Below are positions 26,459-39,974 of a stretch of DNA of 64,000 bases, one piece after another. The position numbers and the translations under genes were made by a program. The notes under the pieces were generated by a model. That model worked only from the letters and a program-made list of their open reading frames with translations, was not told where the DNA came from and ran no database searches. Positions within the stretch are counted from its first letter, which is position 1, and every line of letters begins with the position of its first letter. This DNA comes from Sphagnum compactum (lineage: Eukaryota): NCBI GenBank assembly GCA_965153455.1, contig OZ234494.1, positions 6,696,001-6,760,000 on the forward strand, read 5' to 3'.

Positions 26459-27640
26459 ATGAGGCTAAGATTGTTAAAGATAATTTTTGTGAGTTTCCTA
26501 TCAAGGATAAAATCTTGCTTCCTTGATATGGATGAGAAGGAGATTAATAACATGAATAAAGGAGGTCATAAAGTGAATAAACATGTTGAGTTGTGGGTGA
26601 AAAATGTGCTCAATGAGTGGAATGTTTTTCATGGTTTTAATATGGAGAAATTAATTGTTGATCTTTCAGAAGATGAAGATTCTATGATGAATCTTGTGAA
26701 CATGTTATATTTTATTTTACATGTTGCAAAAAAGGATGGTAGTTTATATCCATTGACAAGGTAAGTCTTTTTCTCTTTTCTTGAATTTGGTTTTACTTTC
26801 TAGTTGAACCTTCAACCTAATTTTAATCATTTGTTTATGTGTCTTGTGCAATGTCCAATATTTTATTTGTGGTATTTGAAGACTTATACGTCAAAAGTAA
26901 CAACAATGTTTAATTGAATCAAGTAAAGCACTTGCAATCTCGTTTAACATTTTCACAGATTTAAGGTTTCATTTGTTAAAGTTATTAGTGATGAAAATGC
27001 TCTCCGAATGTCAATTACTAGTATTCATTAAACCATAAAGAGATTTAATGTTCTGTCTTTTGAAGAAAATTTCAAGGTGTTGGCTCAATCCATGAGTCAA
27101 ATCACAATTCTAGAAGGCCTAAATTTGATATTTGGGTGCTTATGCATGCAAATATTTTATTATAAGAGGGTGTTATGACTTTGGAATGTGGATTTTGAAG
27201 AATTCACATTGTTTTCATTGCCTATTGGCATCATACTCAAATTTAAATTTTTCAAGATGTCTCCAAGAATTGAAGATAAATATCACATAGTGCTTTGTAG
27301 ATCAATTTGTTGTTGACTATCCAACTGTTGATGTGATTGAGACATTCAAATAATTGGCTCGTCGTTGTCCTACCAATTGGCATGATGACAAACTTGGGCT
27401 TCATCATCTATTTTTGCGCAGGAAACCTAAATGGAGACCTTATGATGAGGTTTGGTTTAGTGTTTATCCTATTTGGCACAACTAGCTACAACAAATTGTT
27501 GATAAGCTTATTGCAATTTTTAAATTTTGAAAAACTTATCTTATTAAATAAAACTGGTTAAATATTAGAATCACTCACATGGAAGAAGCGTTTGTTCTTC
27601 AACAATATAGGATGGAAGTAACAACGCACGGGGATCTAAT
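26459..27640 (+). mobile_element. Degenerate Crypton-like tyrosine-recombinase transposase gene (DUF3504-like)
   Basis: Ordered motifs read across frameshifts and stops: LWVKNVLNEW...FILHVAKKDGSLYP (followed by a GTAAGT intron donor at 26761), EGLNLIFG..IIRG..LWNVDFEEF, WFSVYPI.HN.LQQ, LLNKTG...ITHMEEAFV...MEVTTHG. Confidence 0.6.
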
Positions 27641-30600
27641 TTTGTATGGCAAATAAGTTGTATAATATTTTTTTCGTTTTCAATTTTTATAATGTTTTTT
27701 TTCTTTTGATTTTTTGATGTGGTTGTTATGTGTGCAAGTATAACCAGATTGATAAGCATTTACAAGATAAACCGATGTAATGAATTATTAGTGGTGAGAT
27801 GAAGTCTAAACAATTGTAATGTTATGAAAAGGCATTCACTTAAAGAAAAATCTACATATGAAAAGGTTAAGGTAAGTTGTATTTGATTTTTTTTGAAACT
27901 AACATTTTTTGCAAGTTGGTGTTTCTTTATTTTTATTTTATTATTTTTAATTATTTGAGTGCAAGATGGTTTTCATTTAGTTGAAGAGATAGGTGTTGAT
28001 CATGTTGATTATGCATTGCCATTTTTTCTATTGGCATGGGAAATGTTTGTCATGTCCATGGTAAATTTGGAGTTGGTATGACTAATGTGGTTTCTAGTGA
28101 CATTGCTTCTCCTCGTTTTTTTATTGGTTATGTTATGACTATAAGCCAAAAGAAGGTGATGAGTAGAATGTGTGCTTCTATAAAAACTTTAAATGCATTG
28201 TAGGTACTTATCCAAGTGGATTGGGTGGACTTGTTGATCCTAAAGACAATTGTTTTGGAATGTTATGTTTGAGAAGGAAATTTTTCAAAGTGCCAAGAGC
28301 AATTGGATATAGTCTTTCCTCGATGCCCACTTGAGACGATGAGTGTCAACACAATGTTTTCAACAACTTAAATAATTGCCCTATTAGTAAATCAAACCTA
28401 CACATTGGATCCAAATCCTTTTTTTTTAGGACCACCAATAGTATTAAATGTGTCTTGAATTTCATTCCTTTTTTCGGTAAACCATAGGTGTCCAAGGACT
28501 TGCTATTTTTTTTCATTCACATTGGGTAAGTCTCTTTTCCTTTTGTAAGACATGTGCATAATTGATTTGGATGAGTGAATTCAGAACATAGTGAACAACG
28601 AAAATTTTAATCCATAAATGTTTTATATCAATCCTATTTGTGCAAGTGAATTCAACTTGGGAATGTTTGGATGCAATTGAATTTAGCATAGGAGTTTTTA
28701 GAAATTAGAGAACCTATATTTTAGTTTGAGTTTGAATTCAACATAGGTGTCCATAGGAGTTAAAAAGTCAAACATTTGTAAATGAGTCTAAACTTGAATT
28801 TAATATAGGAATTCATAAGAATTATTAAGAATCAAAGCATGTGTACTTGTAAGTAGCCCCAATCCTTGTCACACTGACTCAATGTTTCAACCCAATGGGA
28901 AAAAAACAATAAAATATGTCACAATCTATAAAGTTGAATTTATAGTCATTTTCAAAATTTTAATGGAGATTTGTAACTAGACAAAAATGTTAACATAATT
29001 ATATATTATAACATTAAATCATGTTTTGGTAACATCACATTTAATGCTACAACAACCCGTTTTGTGGCATACATCCCCACACAATGAGCACATACATTAT
29101 TTTTAAAGAATTTGCATCAGCACCTTAGTTCCTTCTCTTTGTGTTTTAGTGTTAACTAGTGTAGCTTGTTTCGTTGGCCCAAGTATGAGCACATCAAGGG
29201 CCCACCTGATTTTTCCTTCCAAACCCAAAAACCACTCCAAAATCAATATCTTCCACACCTTAACTCTAAAAACTATGAAATAAACTCTATTAAATTTGAC
29301 TCAACAAGGTCTTTCCGACAACACCAAGAACACCCCCAAATTCCAATATAGTTTTCAGTTTTGATTTTGTTTAATTTTCATTGAAAAATGGTTCAATAAT
29401 CAATACTCTCCACACCTTAGTTCCAAATAGTCTCAAACTAAGTTGATGTACCCCCTATTCATCAAGAGTTTTTTTAAGATACGAAGAGTGTGGCATGAAG
29501 TGCAAAGGTTTAAAATATCTTAATGTGATAAACAAAACAAAATAAAACAAACTACCTTGATTCATAGATATATCACTTAAATATTTTATAACATTTAATG
29601 AATGTTAAATGGAAATAATTGAACAAGAATAAGACAGGAAAGAAATATAAGTTATTTACATAATCTCAACAACATCAAGACCAAACCTATAGGTTGCAAA
29701 AAAATTATCCATATTAGAACCAACAATTACCTTCAACATTGTTTTTTCCTACCACTTGATAGAATTGTTAACTTAAAGGTTTTACAAACATTAAATTATC
29801 TCCTAAGCTACTGGATTCTTTCTTGTGCCGTCCATTAAAGTACCATGTACCCAATGGTTCAAGCTTTCTTGGCAGTCTACCTCATTACTTTGCTTTTATG
29901 TGTTGACGTTTTCCTACTTCATGAACCTTTTTCATTTGTATACAAAATCGCTCCTACATCTTCTGCTACTACAAATTAAATTACTCACATGTATGCACAA
30001 AAAACAAACACATACAAACACACACATAATCATTAAAAAAATCCCCATTTATTTACATCATCCTTTCTTTACATTGTTAGAACGCCTACTTTTCAAAATG
30101 GCAAACCTTGAACTACTGGAATTCTTGGCCTTTATACAAGTCTTCTTGGTGGTTCTAATTGATCATGTTGTCTAACCACTTATTGGTTCAACCATTACTT
30201 GATCTGCATCAAAACAACCCATAGGCCTTAAATAATCAATTTGGTTGGGATGTCAAATTAATCAACTTGTTTGGTTAGTCGGCTAGTTAGCTTTGTTGTC
30301 GGCTTGTTGATTGTTGGCTTGTAACAATCACAACCTGCTATTGTATGTTATGCTATCAATTTGTATTCTTACTATGCTTCCTTACCCTAACTACTCATGA
30401 GCTTCAACAATCTATTTTATAGCTTCTCTTCTTCTCTTTCTCTTAACCCAATATTGCATTTACCTATTAAGAATGGACTTGCCAACCCAATCCATGATAT
30501 TTTGATGTATTTGACAAATTATTTTGAACAAGTTATAGTTTTGTGGAAAGTTTTTAGTTTAAAATTAAATGACCTCACATCTCCTTTGGCCCAAATGTTG

Positions 30601-32524
30601 AGCATATTATTTTGTAATAATCATTCACTTGCACAATTTATCACCTAATTAGTGGCAAGGATGGCTTGTGCATGAGCCTAGAGCTTGAGCTTGTAGCTTA
30701 AAGCTTAATGTGATATTCATCCACCTACATGGATGAATGTGTCCATAGATGAATGATTTCATATGGATGAATTTCATTTATGAGTTGGATTAAATAAATA
30801 AATAAATCATTTGATGAAATTCATCCATGATTGGAAGATAAATATATTTTATTTTATTTATAGCTTCATTTGTTGTCCAAGTATTAATATTTCAAACTTG
30901 AATGTCATTTAATAATGATGGATAATGTGATTATAAAGGAAAATATGATGATGAGACCAAAATAATTTTTAAATTTTTGTTTAAAAAATCATTTTTATCA
31001 ACAATGTTAAACAATTTAAAAATTGTTGTCATGGGATGAATGTTAACCCCCTGCCCCCCCCCCCCCATTGTTATCAACAACATTATATATGTATTTTGTG
31101 AAAAATTAAGTCATCTTGAAAATAAATAATTATTAAAAACAACCCCATTGTCATATAGGATTCCATTTCAACAAATGACATGTTCCCAAATTCTATCAGA
31201 TTTTTTATTTTCTTTAAGAATAAAATAACCAAGTACTTCAATATTAGTTGATGGTGTGCACCCAATTTTATTTTTTATTGTTTTTTGCAAGTAACCACTT
31301 TGATTGGCCCCATCACAAAACATTTATTGGAACATTGGACATGCCTAAAATAAAATCACATTGAAATTTCACTTTTGCGCAAGTTTATAATTTGTGACAT
31401 TCAAACTTTGGGCAAACATAATGAGATAAGTTGTGTTGTTGGGTGCATCTACCTTATCAAGTAAAAAGAGGAAAGAGGTGCATTAGAAATGATGAAACAA
31501 TGTAACCATGGTTAGGTAATTTGAGTGCAAGATGAACTTCATTAAATCATAAAACCTAGAGAGTAGGATTAGGTCTCTTGTGGTTAGCCACGCATTGGTT
31601 TTAAGTCCAAGCCAAAACTCAACAACAATTTTGTACATGGATGTGAAGTCTCTTTCACTCTAGATAGAGCTAAGTAGTGACCAACTCTATTATGTGAGAT
31701 AAATGGAGGTGGCTACTTGGTTAGTTTTGCCCTTTGATTTTTGTTTTGATGAGTGTAAAACTTTGTCCCTTCCTTAGAAGATGAAAGTTTTAACCCAAAT
31801 CATCATCTTTGAAATCATCCAAAGATTTAATATGCTACAGAATTGCACCATCTCATATTAGGACTTTTACCTCGACAACTTTGAAATCTGTGAAATTGTC
31901 TTGTGATGTTTGATAATCCTTCAATTGAACTGGTATAAGTTGGTCTTCTGATCTTTCTAGAGTGCAATGGGTCCTACAAGAAGTTGTATGGTTTTGTGAT
32001 ATGAAACCATCACCTGTCCAAATTGTAGGTTACCCCCAAAGAGGGAGATGTCCATCCCCAACCCCCTCGCTTATTGAAATCTTAGGTGCAAAACTTGGAG
32101 TGGGCAAAAACTCTATGACCAGCTCAGAAATAACTAAATTGATGTGAGTTGTTGGGTGGTGCTGGTTTCACTGCCATAGCATGTGTCAGGAATGTTGAAT
32201 CTCATCAACAACCTTGTTGTGTTTAGTCCTGGAGTTGGGTGACTGAAGGTTGCAACTACTGTAGCACATGTTGTAGTGTTCTGGAGTTGGTGGCAGTGGC
32301 AACACCCTCAGGTTCTCCCTTTACATGATGGGACCTTTCTGTTGTCTGGAAACAGGGGGATGATGATGATGAGTGTCATGTTATTTGTTGTGGTTACACT
32401 GATCAAAGATTGGGTTACCTTGAAAAAAACACCACACAATATCTTGTAATCCTGTACAAATCTGAAACTGACAATTTGCAAAAAAGTGTGGGAATTTGTT
32501 TGTTTACCTGAACAGATCCAGTGA

Positions 32525-35264
32525 CTACTTCCTCACTGCCGCCCAGAACCATGCAGTGATTTGCAAGTACAAAAGTCCCATTTTTGCTATCTCACAGAGC
32601 AGCATTTTCTGCTTCTCAGAAAAAACAAAGCAATGTTGCTTCTCCATTAACAAGCCTTCATATAGATCTTTGGTGAAGTCCTGAAGCATTGTCATTGCCT
32701 GACAGCAGCTCTTTGCAACCTCTGCTGCCTTCCTTCCTGCTTCAGTAATGTGGGATTTTGTCAGAATCCTTTCCATTCTCTGATTCAGGCACCTAAGTGC
32801 TTCAACAAGAAGAGATTGTGATTGAGATTGCAATTGAGATTGTGATTTCCACTGCGGTATACACTTGGGAAGCAAGCCAAACATGTTCAAAATCTGGTCA
32901 AGGTTTCAGTACCATTAGTACCCTTCATTCTGGCATTTTGCAGATGTAGGAACAATGATCACAGGTTCTCTGATACCACTGATGATGCACCTGTTGCGGC
33001 GGTGTTTTGCCACCACATCACCAAGTTGCCCTTCTTCAGCAATGCCTATATGCATTATCCTTGGAGATCTTGTCACTTGTGCCACCGGGATTGGGTTGTC
33101 ATGAAGTTCAATTTCTGCCTGCTGCTTCAGGAACTGTGTTGTACTCATGATGACATTTGTGATTTGAGACAAACTTGCTTCTTCTTCAGCTGCTGCATTA
33201 TTTGACCCATTATTATTACTGCTGTTATTTTGCTCATCTTGATCTGCTGGCTCCATGGAACCAGATGGTTCATTTCTGTCAATAAGAGGGCATAACTGTC
33301 AACACAACACAGAGACTGATGGTATCAACAAAAATCTGGGAGCATTTGTCAAATCTGTGCATCTGACACAATGCCAGAATGCCTCCAACCGAGACTCTCT
33401 GCTATCTATGTATACAGGTCAGTGCTTGGCATATGAAAAAAAGGAAATAGAGAAAATCAAGCATGATCACACAAGTGTGAAGATCTTGATCAGAACCAGC
33501 AAAGCATGTATTATCTGTTACCTCATAATGTGATTCTGAAGAAATCAGGGAAGAGCACGCAATACCCAAATTGCAAGAAAGGCGTCAAATAGAAGGCAGA
33601 ACTTACAAAAGAACATCACCAAAAGTGCATCTTTGTTGATAAAGATGGTTGTACTCTGCCATCCAATCCATTGATTCCTCTTCTGATGACCCCTTAGCCA
33701 ACTCCCTTGCTGCTGCTGCTGCTTCACCATCTGTCTCAGAGGATTGGCCTCCCTTTTCTTGTACCAAAATTTCAACATCCAAAGACAATCTCTCATGCAC
33801 ATACTGAGCAGCTGCAGCATCATTCACACATGTTGTCTTCTTCTGTCTTACATGATTCCTGCCTTGCAAACACACTGTGCTTTTCCGCATTTGTTTCTTC
33901 CCAACAACCACCTGCAATTCAATAACAGTTTCTGGAGATTCTGTTTCTGTAGATGCTTCATTGATAGTACTCCTGTGGGTGTGGGTGGAGTCATGTGCTT
34001 CTGCTTCCACCTCATTATTATTCCTGGGTGCTGTCACTGGAGGAGGCACTTTGTCCTCCATCCTTGCAGTAGCATCTTCTTCATCAATGGTAACTGCATT
34101 CTTCCTGGGTGTACTCAAGCTTTCCTTGACTGTTGTGGATGACTGGGTGGTGCGGCAAAAGAGGTTGTAGGCCTCACTGACTGCAGCAGTAAACTCAGGA
34201 GCATCCTTCAGGTTCTTCCACAAATTGTAATACTGTTCAAATGGGTAAATACAACTGCTGATTCAAACAGATTCCCCAAACAACAATCCGTACCCATCTT
34301 TGATTAGATGCAAAACTGTTGTCTTTATACCCAGCAGATAGATGGAAAGCAGCGGAGACTACAACAAAAAAATTCTTGAGGTGGGTGTTTTGTCAGATGG
34401 GTTCCTGTGTGGTTTGAGCAGAAAATAATCATCTTTGCAGAGAGACTAGAGATTTTGCAGTGCTCCTCCTCCTCACCTGTGACAGTGGTTTCCAAATCAA
34501 AGTGGCATGCATGATGAGATTTGAATTGCAGGTTTTTGGTGCAAACAAACCTCCGCTTCACAACCTGGTAAGGTTGCAGATTTTTCTCAGAATGAAAAAG
34601 GTGTACAATTTTGCCATGAACTGGTAAGAATGGCTTCAGAATTTCAGGTGGAACTTCTGTCTCTGCCACAATCTTTGCTGGCCACCGTAGGCCTTCATCA
34701 TTGACCTGAAACAGGGCAGGAGAAAAGTGAGCCAGGAAGCAACTAGCTACCAATCTATTATGAAGAAAGCCCCAGGCATCACAAGTGGGAAGATTTGGGT
34801 TGTGGGTTTTTTACCTTAACCCATGCCAGTCGTAAATGTGTGTAAGATCAATATTGCTGGTATGGGATGGAGGAGGTGTTCTCTTATTCTTCCATGGCAA
34901 ATTCACCTCTTTTTTTCCCCCCAATAAAATTGATGCTCTTGGAAGCTCAGGCTGTTGTAGTTTATCTGCAGAGTGAGCCAGCTCAATTGCTTGTTTGTCA
35001 AGCTCTTCTATAAGAAGAGCTCAAAACAGGATAATATGCTTGATTTGCACGTGGAATCTGAAAACTAGCTCCCTATTCATGGAGAAAATCCAAGGATTTG
35101 CAAGAGTTGGGATTTGCAAAATATTGCACAGCATGCACACACTACTTACCTGTGACAACCTTCCCTTCATCATCATCGGAGTCATCAATGTTCACATCTT
35201 CATCTTGATCCGCCTTCCACCCAGTGATAATCTCCTCTCTCCACTTGGGGTGATCTGTCTCCAT
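32525..35264 (-). CDS. PWWP-domain protein gene with a low-complexity C-terminal region; apparent frameshift, 3' end uncertain
   Basis: ATG at 35264 (METDHPKW..). Spliced exons give RLAWVK|VNDEGLRWPAKIVAETEVPPEILKPF..VHLFHSE..YQVVKR|SCIYPFEQYYNLWKNLKDAPEFTAAVSEAY, a PWWP-type pattern, followed by ORFs 33603-34223, 32915-33256 and 32525-32890. Upstream non-coding exons probably extend to about 36900. Confidence 0.65.
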
Positions 35265-35522
35265 CTACAAAAAATGCAATGCAAAAAATCACCAACCATC
35301 AGGCTGAAAGAGCTGCAGGATGATTTCAAAGGATGAAAGAAGGGTTTTTTTTTTTAGAGTACCTACTTTGGTTTGTGTTTCTTTTCTTCCTCTTCTTCTT
35401 CTTCTTCCTCTTGTTATAATTCTGTTTGGTGAAACTTCCCTTCCCCTTCAATGTGGAGAGAGCTAAATCAAAAGACAAAAACTACTAGTACAATTTCCCA
35501 ACCTCATCAATCAACATGGCAT

Positions 35523-35822
35523 CAAAGAAAAGAAATTTGGTGAAATTTCGCAACCTGGTGACAAAAAACAGGCCCTTGCAACAAGTACAAAGGCTTTTTT
35601 GGGAAAAGAAAATTTGGCCCACTGTCATGACATTACAAGGGGAAAAAACTTGAAGTTGCTAGACAATAGGTTGTAGCATGTCAACAAAATATAGCATGAC
35701 TCCTAAACTTTTCTAATCTCCTCTCTGACCTGTAGCCAAATTTGGCTAAGTCCTCTTGTGAATGATAGCCAACCCACCTACCTCACAAATTTGAAAGGAA
35801 AAAAAAAAAAAAAACCCCACTG
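35523..35822. mobile_element. hAT-type MITE in the 5' region (likely UTR intron) of the PWWP gene
   Basis: Perfect 8-bp TSD catggcat at 35515-35522 and 35823-35830. It ends in CACTG, and its internal tgtagccaaatttggctaagtcctcttgtg is the inverted counterpart of the 14630 element. Confidence 0.8.
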
Positions 35823-36898
35823 CATGGCATTCTCTGAAATGCAATTTACTCTCACATTTATTTCCTTTTGCACAGAAGAAGCAATTCTCCCAGATATGCA
35901 CAAATCCAATGAGTTACAAGAAACACAAAGGCAAAAAGAGCAGGGGCTGCTGCTGCACTTACATGTATATTAAGCAGTTTCAAGGTGGTGGGTGGGTGTT
36001 ATTTTAGCTGCCAATAATTTCAAATGATTCCTTGCATGTAACACATTAAGAACTTCAAATTCCTTGGGGTGGGTGGTGATCTATTACCCCCACAAAAATT
36101 CATTCCAGAAACAAACAAAATTGGAAACAGACAGAGAAAAGGTTAAAGAAGAAGCCCAAGAAGACAACAACAGAGGTATGCAGCATCATTTGTTCACCAT
36201 CTCAGATGAATCTAAGACTGGGCTCCTCCAAGAGCTTCTAAAGAAGAAAGGACTGAACCCATTGCTTGCTGGATGTATGGTATTGGGATCCAGAATTTTG
36301 TGGTAGGAAGTGGCTATAAAAACTCTCTCAGGCAGGCAGGCAGGCAGGAAGAAGAACATGAAAAGCAAGTGAGTGAGAGAGATTCAGATGAGACCTTCGC
36401 TGAACTCATGATGAGAGTGCTTGAAAAATGTACGCAGAAAGTGGGGAGCAAGGATCTGGAAGAAAACCAAGAGAATTTTGTAAGTTGAGAGAGATAGAGA
36501 AGAGGGAGAGGGGGGGGGCGGGGTGAGAAACAGAAGAGACGATGAAGCTGCAAACCCAAGGAAGAAAAAAAGGGTCCCCAAGAAAACTCTTGAATGAATC
36601 ACTTTGTTTCTGTTCTTTGCAAAACAGAAACTCAAAAGAGAAAAGAAGAAAGAAAGAAAGCCAGCCAGCCGTCATTCATTCACCACAAAAGAACTTTAAA
36701 AACCACAGTCGCAAAAAAAAAAAAAAAAAAAACCACAGCAATCCAAATCGGAGTAGGTCCTTCCGGGAGAACAAGAAAGAAAACACTCACAAAAACTTGG
36801 TAGTTGGAAACCCAACCCCAAAAACCCAAACAGCAATCCAAATGGGTCCTTCAAGGAGACAAGGAAAAAAACTCTAAAACTGCTTTTACCCAAATAAA

Positions 36899-36926
36899 AG
36901 AAGAAGAAGAAGAAGAAGAAGAAGAG
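36899..36926. repeat. (GAA)n microsatellite
   Basis: Direct run of gaa units. Confidence 0.9.
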
Positions 36927-39900
36927 AAGTGGCAGCAGAGCAGCAGCAATGCAACCAAGTTTAGTTTTACTCCAAGAATCTGCAACTACCTTCAATGACC
37001 TTGAATCAGACATATCCCTATTTTTTTTTCTTTTTTCTTTTTAAGATTCAATATGCCAATGACCTATGACAAAACATTTTGGAAACATCTTGGATACAAT
37101 TCATAGGTATAATATAAAACCCAAATTTTCTTTTGAAAAATACATGATGTTCATTTCCAATAATTTCAATGGCCATTTCCTTTATTGTCACTAATAACAA
37201 ACACCCAAAGGGAGCAACAATTTATTGTTTACATGTATCTTTTCATAATTTCTGGTATCAATGCAATGCTAGTTTTAATACAAGTGAGAATGCTCAAATA
37301 ATTAGGAATGTTAATAGATAGAAAGGTCCTACATACTTGCACATTTCTTCTACAAAATTCATTTTAATCAAAAACAAAAAATATACAAAGAAATCCATTA
37401 CTATAGAACTTCATCACTAATGTTAATGAAAACTAATTTCCCACTTATTTGATAATCTCTACTACTTACAATGAGGATTACGTTTGATGAATTGAATAAA
37501 ATCCCCATGTTTTCAAACATCTCATATTAATTCGCAAAAGGGTAATGAACCTTATTTACAACCAATTGTAAATTTGGAGCACTTCCACTTGCAAATTATG
37601 TCCTTTGAAATCAAAGAACAAGGATTGATGTTGAGCACCTCTATATGTATAAGTTGGTGTATAATAAATGGTGCATCAATCCATGGATAGTCATGATATG
37701 TATTTGAGTGTGAAATAATTGTCTTTTACTTGTTTGATCATGTATTGCTTCCTGAAAGGTTCATTATGAAGGCTCTAGGTTAAAAGTAGATTATCAAAGG
37801 ATCGAAAAATTATTGGTTTTCAAAACTATAGATTAAATTGGAGATGTCATAAACATTTTTGTAACTTGAATATTACGCATATTTTGAAAATGAGTACCAA
37901 CATCTTAAATGAAATAATGTAGATTGTTGTTTCTAATGTTTAGAATAAATGTCACTCACACAAATTGTGAGATTGTAAAGCACATTATATAAATGATAAA
38001 TTGTATATTTGGACATCAATTGACAATGTTACAATTGTAAATCAATTATAACCATATTGTTGACTTGTGAATGAAATATACATTTGATTACAACTTGCAT
38101 TAATATATGAACACATGAATGTTTATGTATGAATATATGATCACATGAAGTTTTAAAAACTATATGGTTACTAAAGTCATGTTAAATTAGTAAAGCAAAC
38201 ATTTCAAGGTTTTCTAAATAACTACAAGTCTTAGGAACAAATCTAAAATGAATTCTTCTAGGAAAGATATTTACAATTCCATTATTCAACGTGTTGAAAG
38301 ATGACAAATGTTTATATATGGATCATAAGGGTCATGATATGTCCAATATTTGAAATATTTTGAATGCCTTTTAATACAATCATCAATATATTTATTTATT
38401 GTGTACTCAACATTTGTATCACTTGTTTTAGAAGAGTCATTGTTCCAATTTAGATTGAATTAAAATGGTGGTAGTTATGATTTGATATGTTTGATGCCAT
38501 GTAAATAGTTATACAATATGAAAATTTTATGTTTATGTTTACATGTATGTTGTAAGAAAAAATGTCCATATGCTTGTAATGTTCAATAATGATACTAAAA
38601 ATATTCTCAATAATTTCAGTTGAAAGAAAATATGTTGCATATATACATGCAAAACTGACATTCAGAAATTGGGACACATTTTAAATAATCATGACCAAAA
38701 TGTGTGCAATATTATAATATGATCAATCCTTAAACACACTGATCTCATGTTTCATGTATGTATTTTGAACTACTTTTCAATTGATATGTCTAGTTTAGTA
38801 TTGGGTACATCTTCATTTGCAATTGACTTTCATGGTATCATATTTAAATATGAAAAATTCATCGAAGCAACCATTTCCTTTTCTTGCTTTTCTTTGATCT
38901 TTCCACTAAGAATTGTGAAGCATTATACTAATCAATCTATCAATTAATTTGGTGCTTTTGATTCATCAACTCTAAAATGATTGGTCCAAGTAGGGGCATT
39001 TGAATAATTTCATTTTATGTTGACCAATTTTCCATGTTTACACATGTGGTTATGGAAATAATTAACATTCTATGTTGAATGTGATAAACATTGGTAGAGG
39101 TTCAAATAAAGGATGTGGGCATATATATTTTTAGAACTTCAGCAAGCTACTCTACCATGAAGTTCATAGTTCTAATTAACTTGGCTTTGTGACGCGCATC
39201 TATGTTGCAAGCTTTATATGCTATTATATCATATTAAAATGATATGTTTGCGTCATTGTACATACATAGTCAACAAGACAATCCACAAAAAGATATGAAT
39301 GTTCAACACCAAAACTATAATGAATTTTGAAAGTAAGATTGCGTAACTGTTTGAACATAATTCTACAACTTGATTTGTATTCCAATGGCACCATAAGAAC
39401 ATACACTTGTTGAAAAGAATCAAATTTGAGATAGATGAAAACATTGCAAAATTCTATTCAAATTTGAAAATATGAAAAGACCAAAGAGACCAAAGTTTAG
39501 CCATTGAGCTCCAAAGGCAAGATACAAACTAGAAATTTTTGATTGAAAATTGTGTAGAAAATGAAAGGGATGCCATCAAGGTCTATGGTAGCTAAACTTT
39601 ACCATGTTCCTTAGCATCAAACTACTTGTCAAATTCCCTTACCATTTTCAAATAAAGCCCATGAAGGTGCATTATTTATAAAATGAGCTAAGGACTCTGT
39701 GTACACACATAAAATCTTGCACCCCCATGACTTTGAAAAATGATTGCATGAGTTTTAAGGATTATAATTTAATAAAATCACTTTCAAAATGTTTATATAC
39801 TTACGAATTTCATCACAATAAATTTTGTGCAATTTTGATATGTTTCATTGGTCATAACGTGTATAGTAAAGAGTGGACAATTTAATGTGGACTAGGTGTT

Positions 39901-39974
39901 AAAATTTTAAACGTCCTTTATCTTATGTAAAACCAAAACATTAATTATGAAAATTTGTGGATTAAACTTCACAA

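Noticed and set aside
29790..30700. Exon-like, coding-flavoured sequence on the - strand
   Set aside because: It has multiple in-frame stops and no identifiable family. It may be a pseudogene or transposon relic, but I cannot name it.
33276..33420. Apparent premature TGA in the PWWP gene
   Set aside because: A phase-compatible intron (donor ~33606, acceptor ttattgacag ~33276) removes it, so no mutation needs to be assumed.
36064..37013. Cluster of overlapping ORFs
   Set aside because: Low-complexity purine/pyrimidine-skewed 5' UTR and promoter sequence of the PWWP gene, producing K/E/F-rich spurious ORFs.
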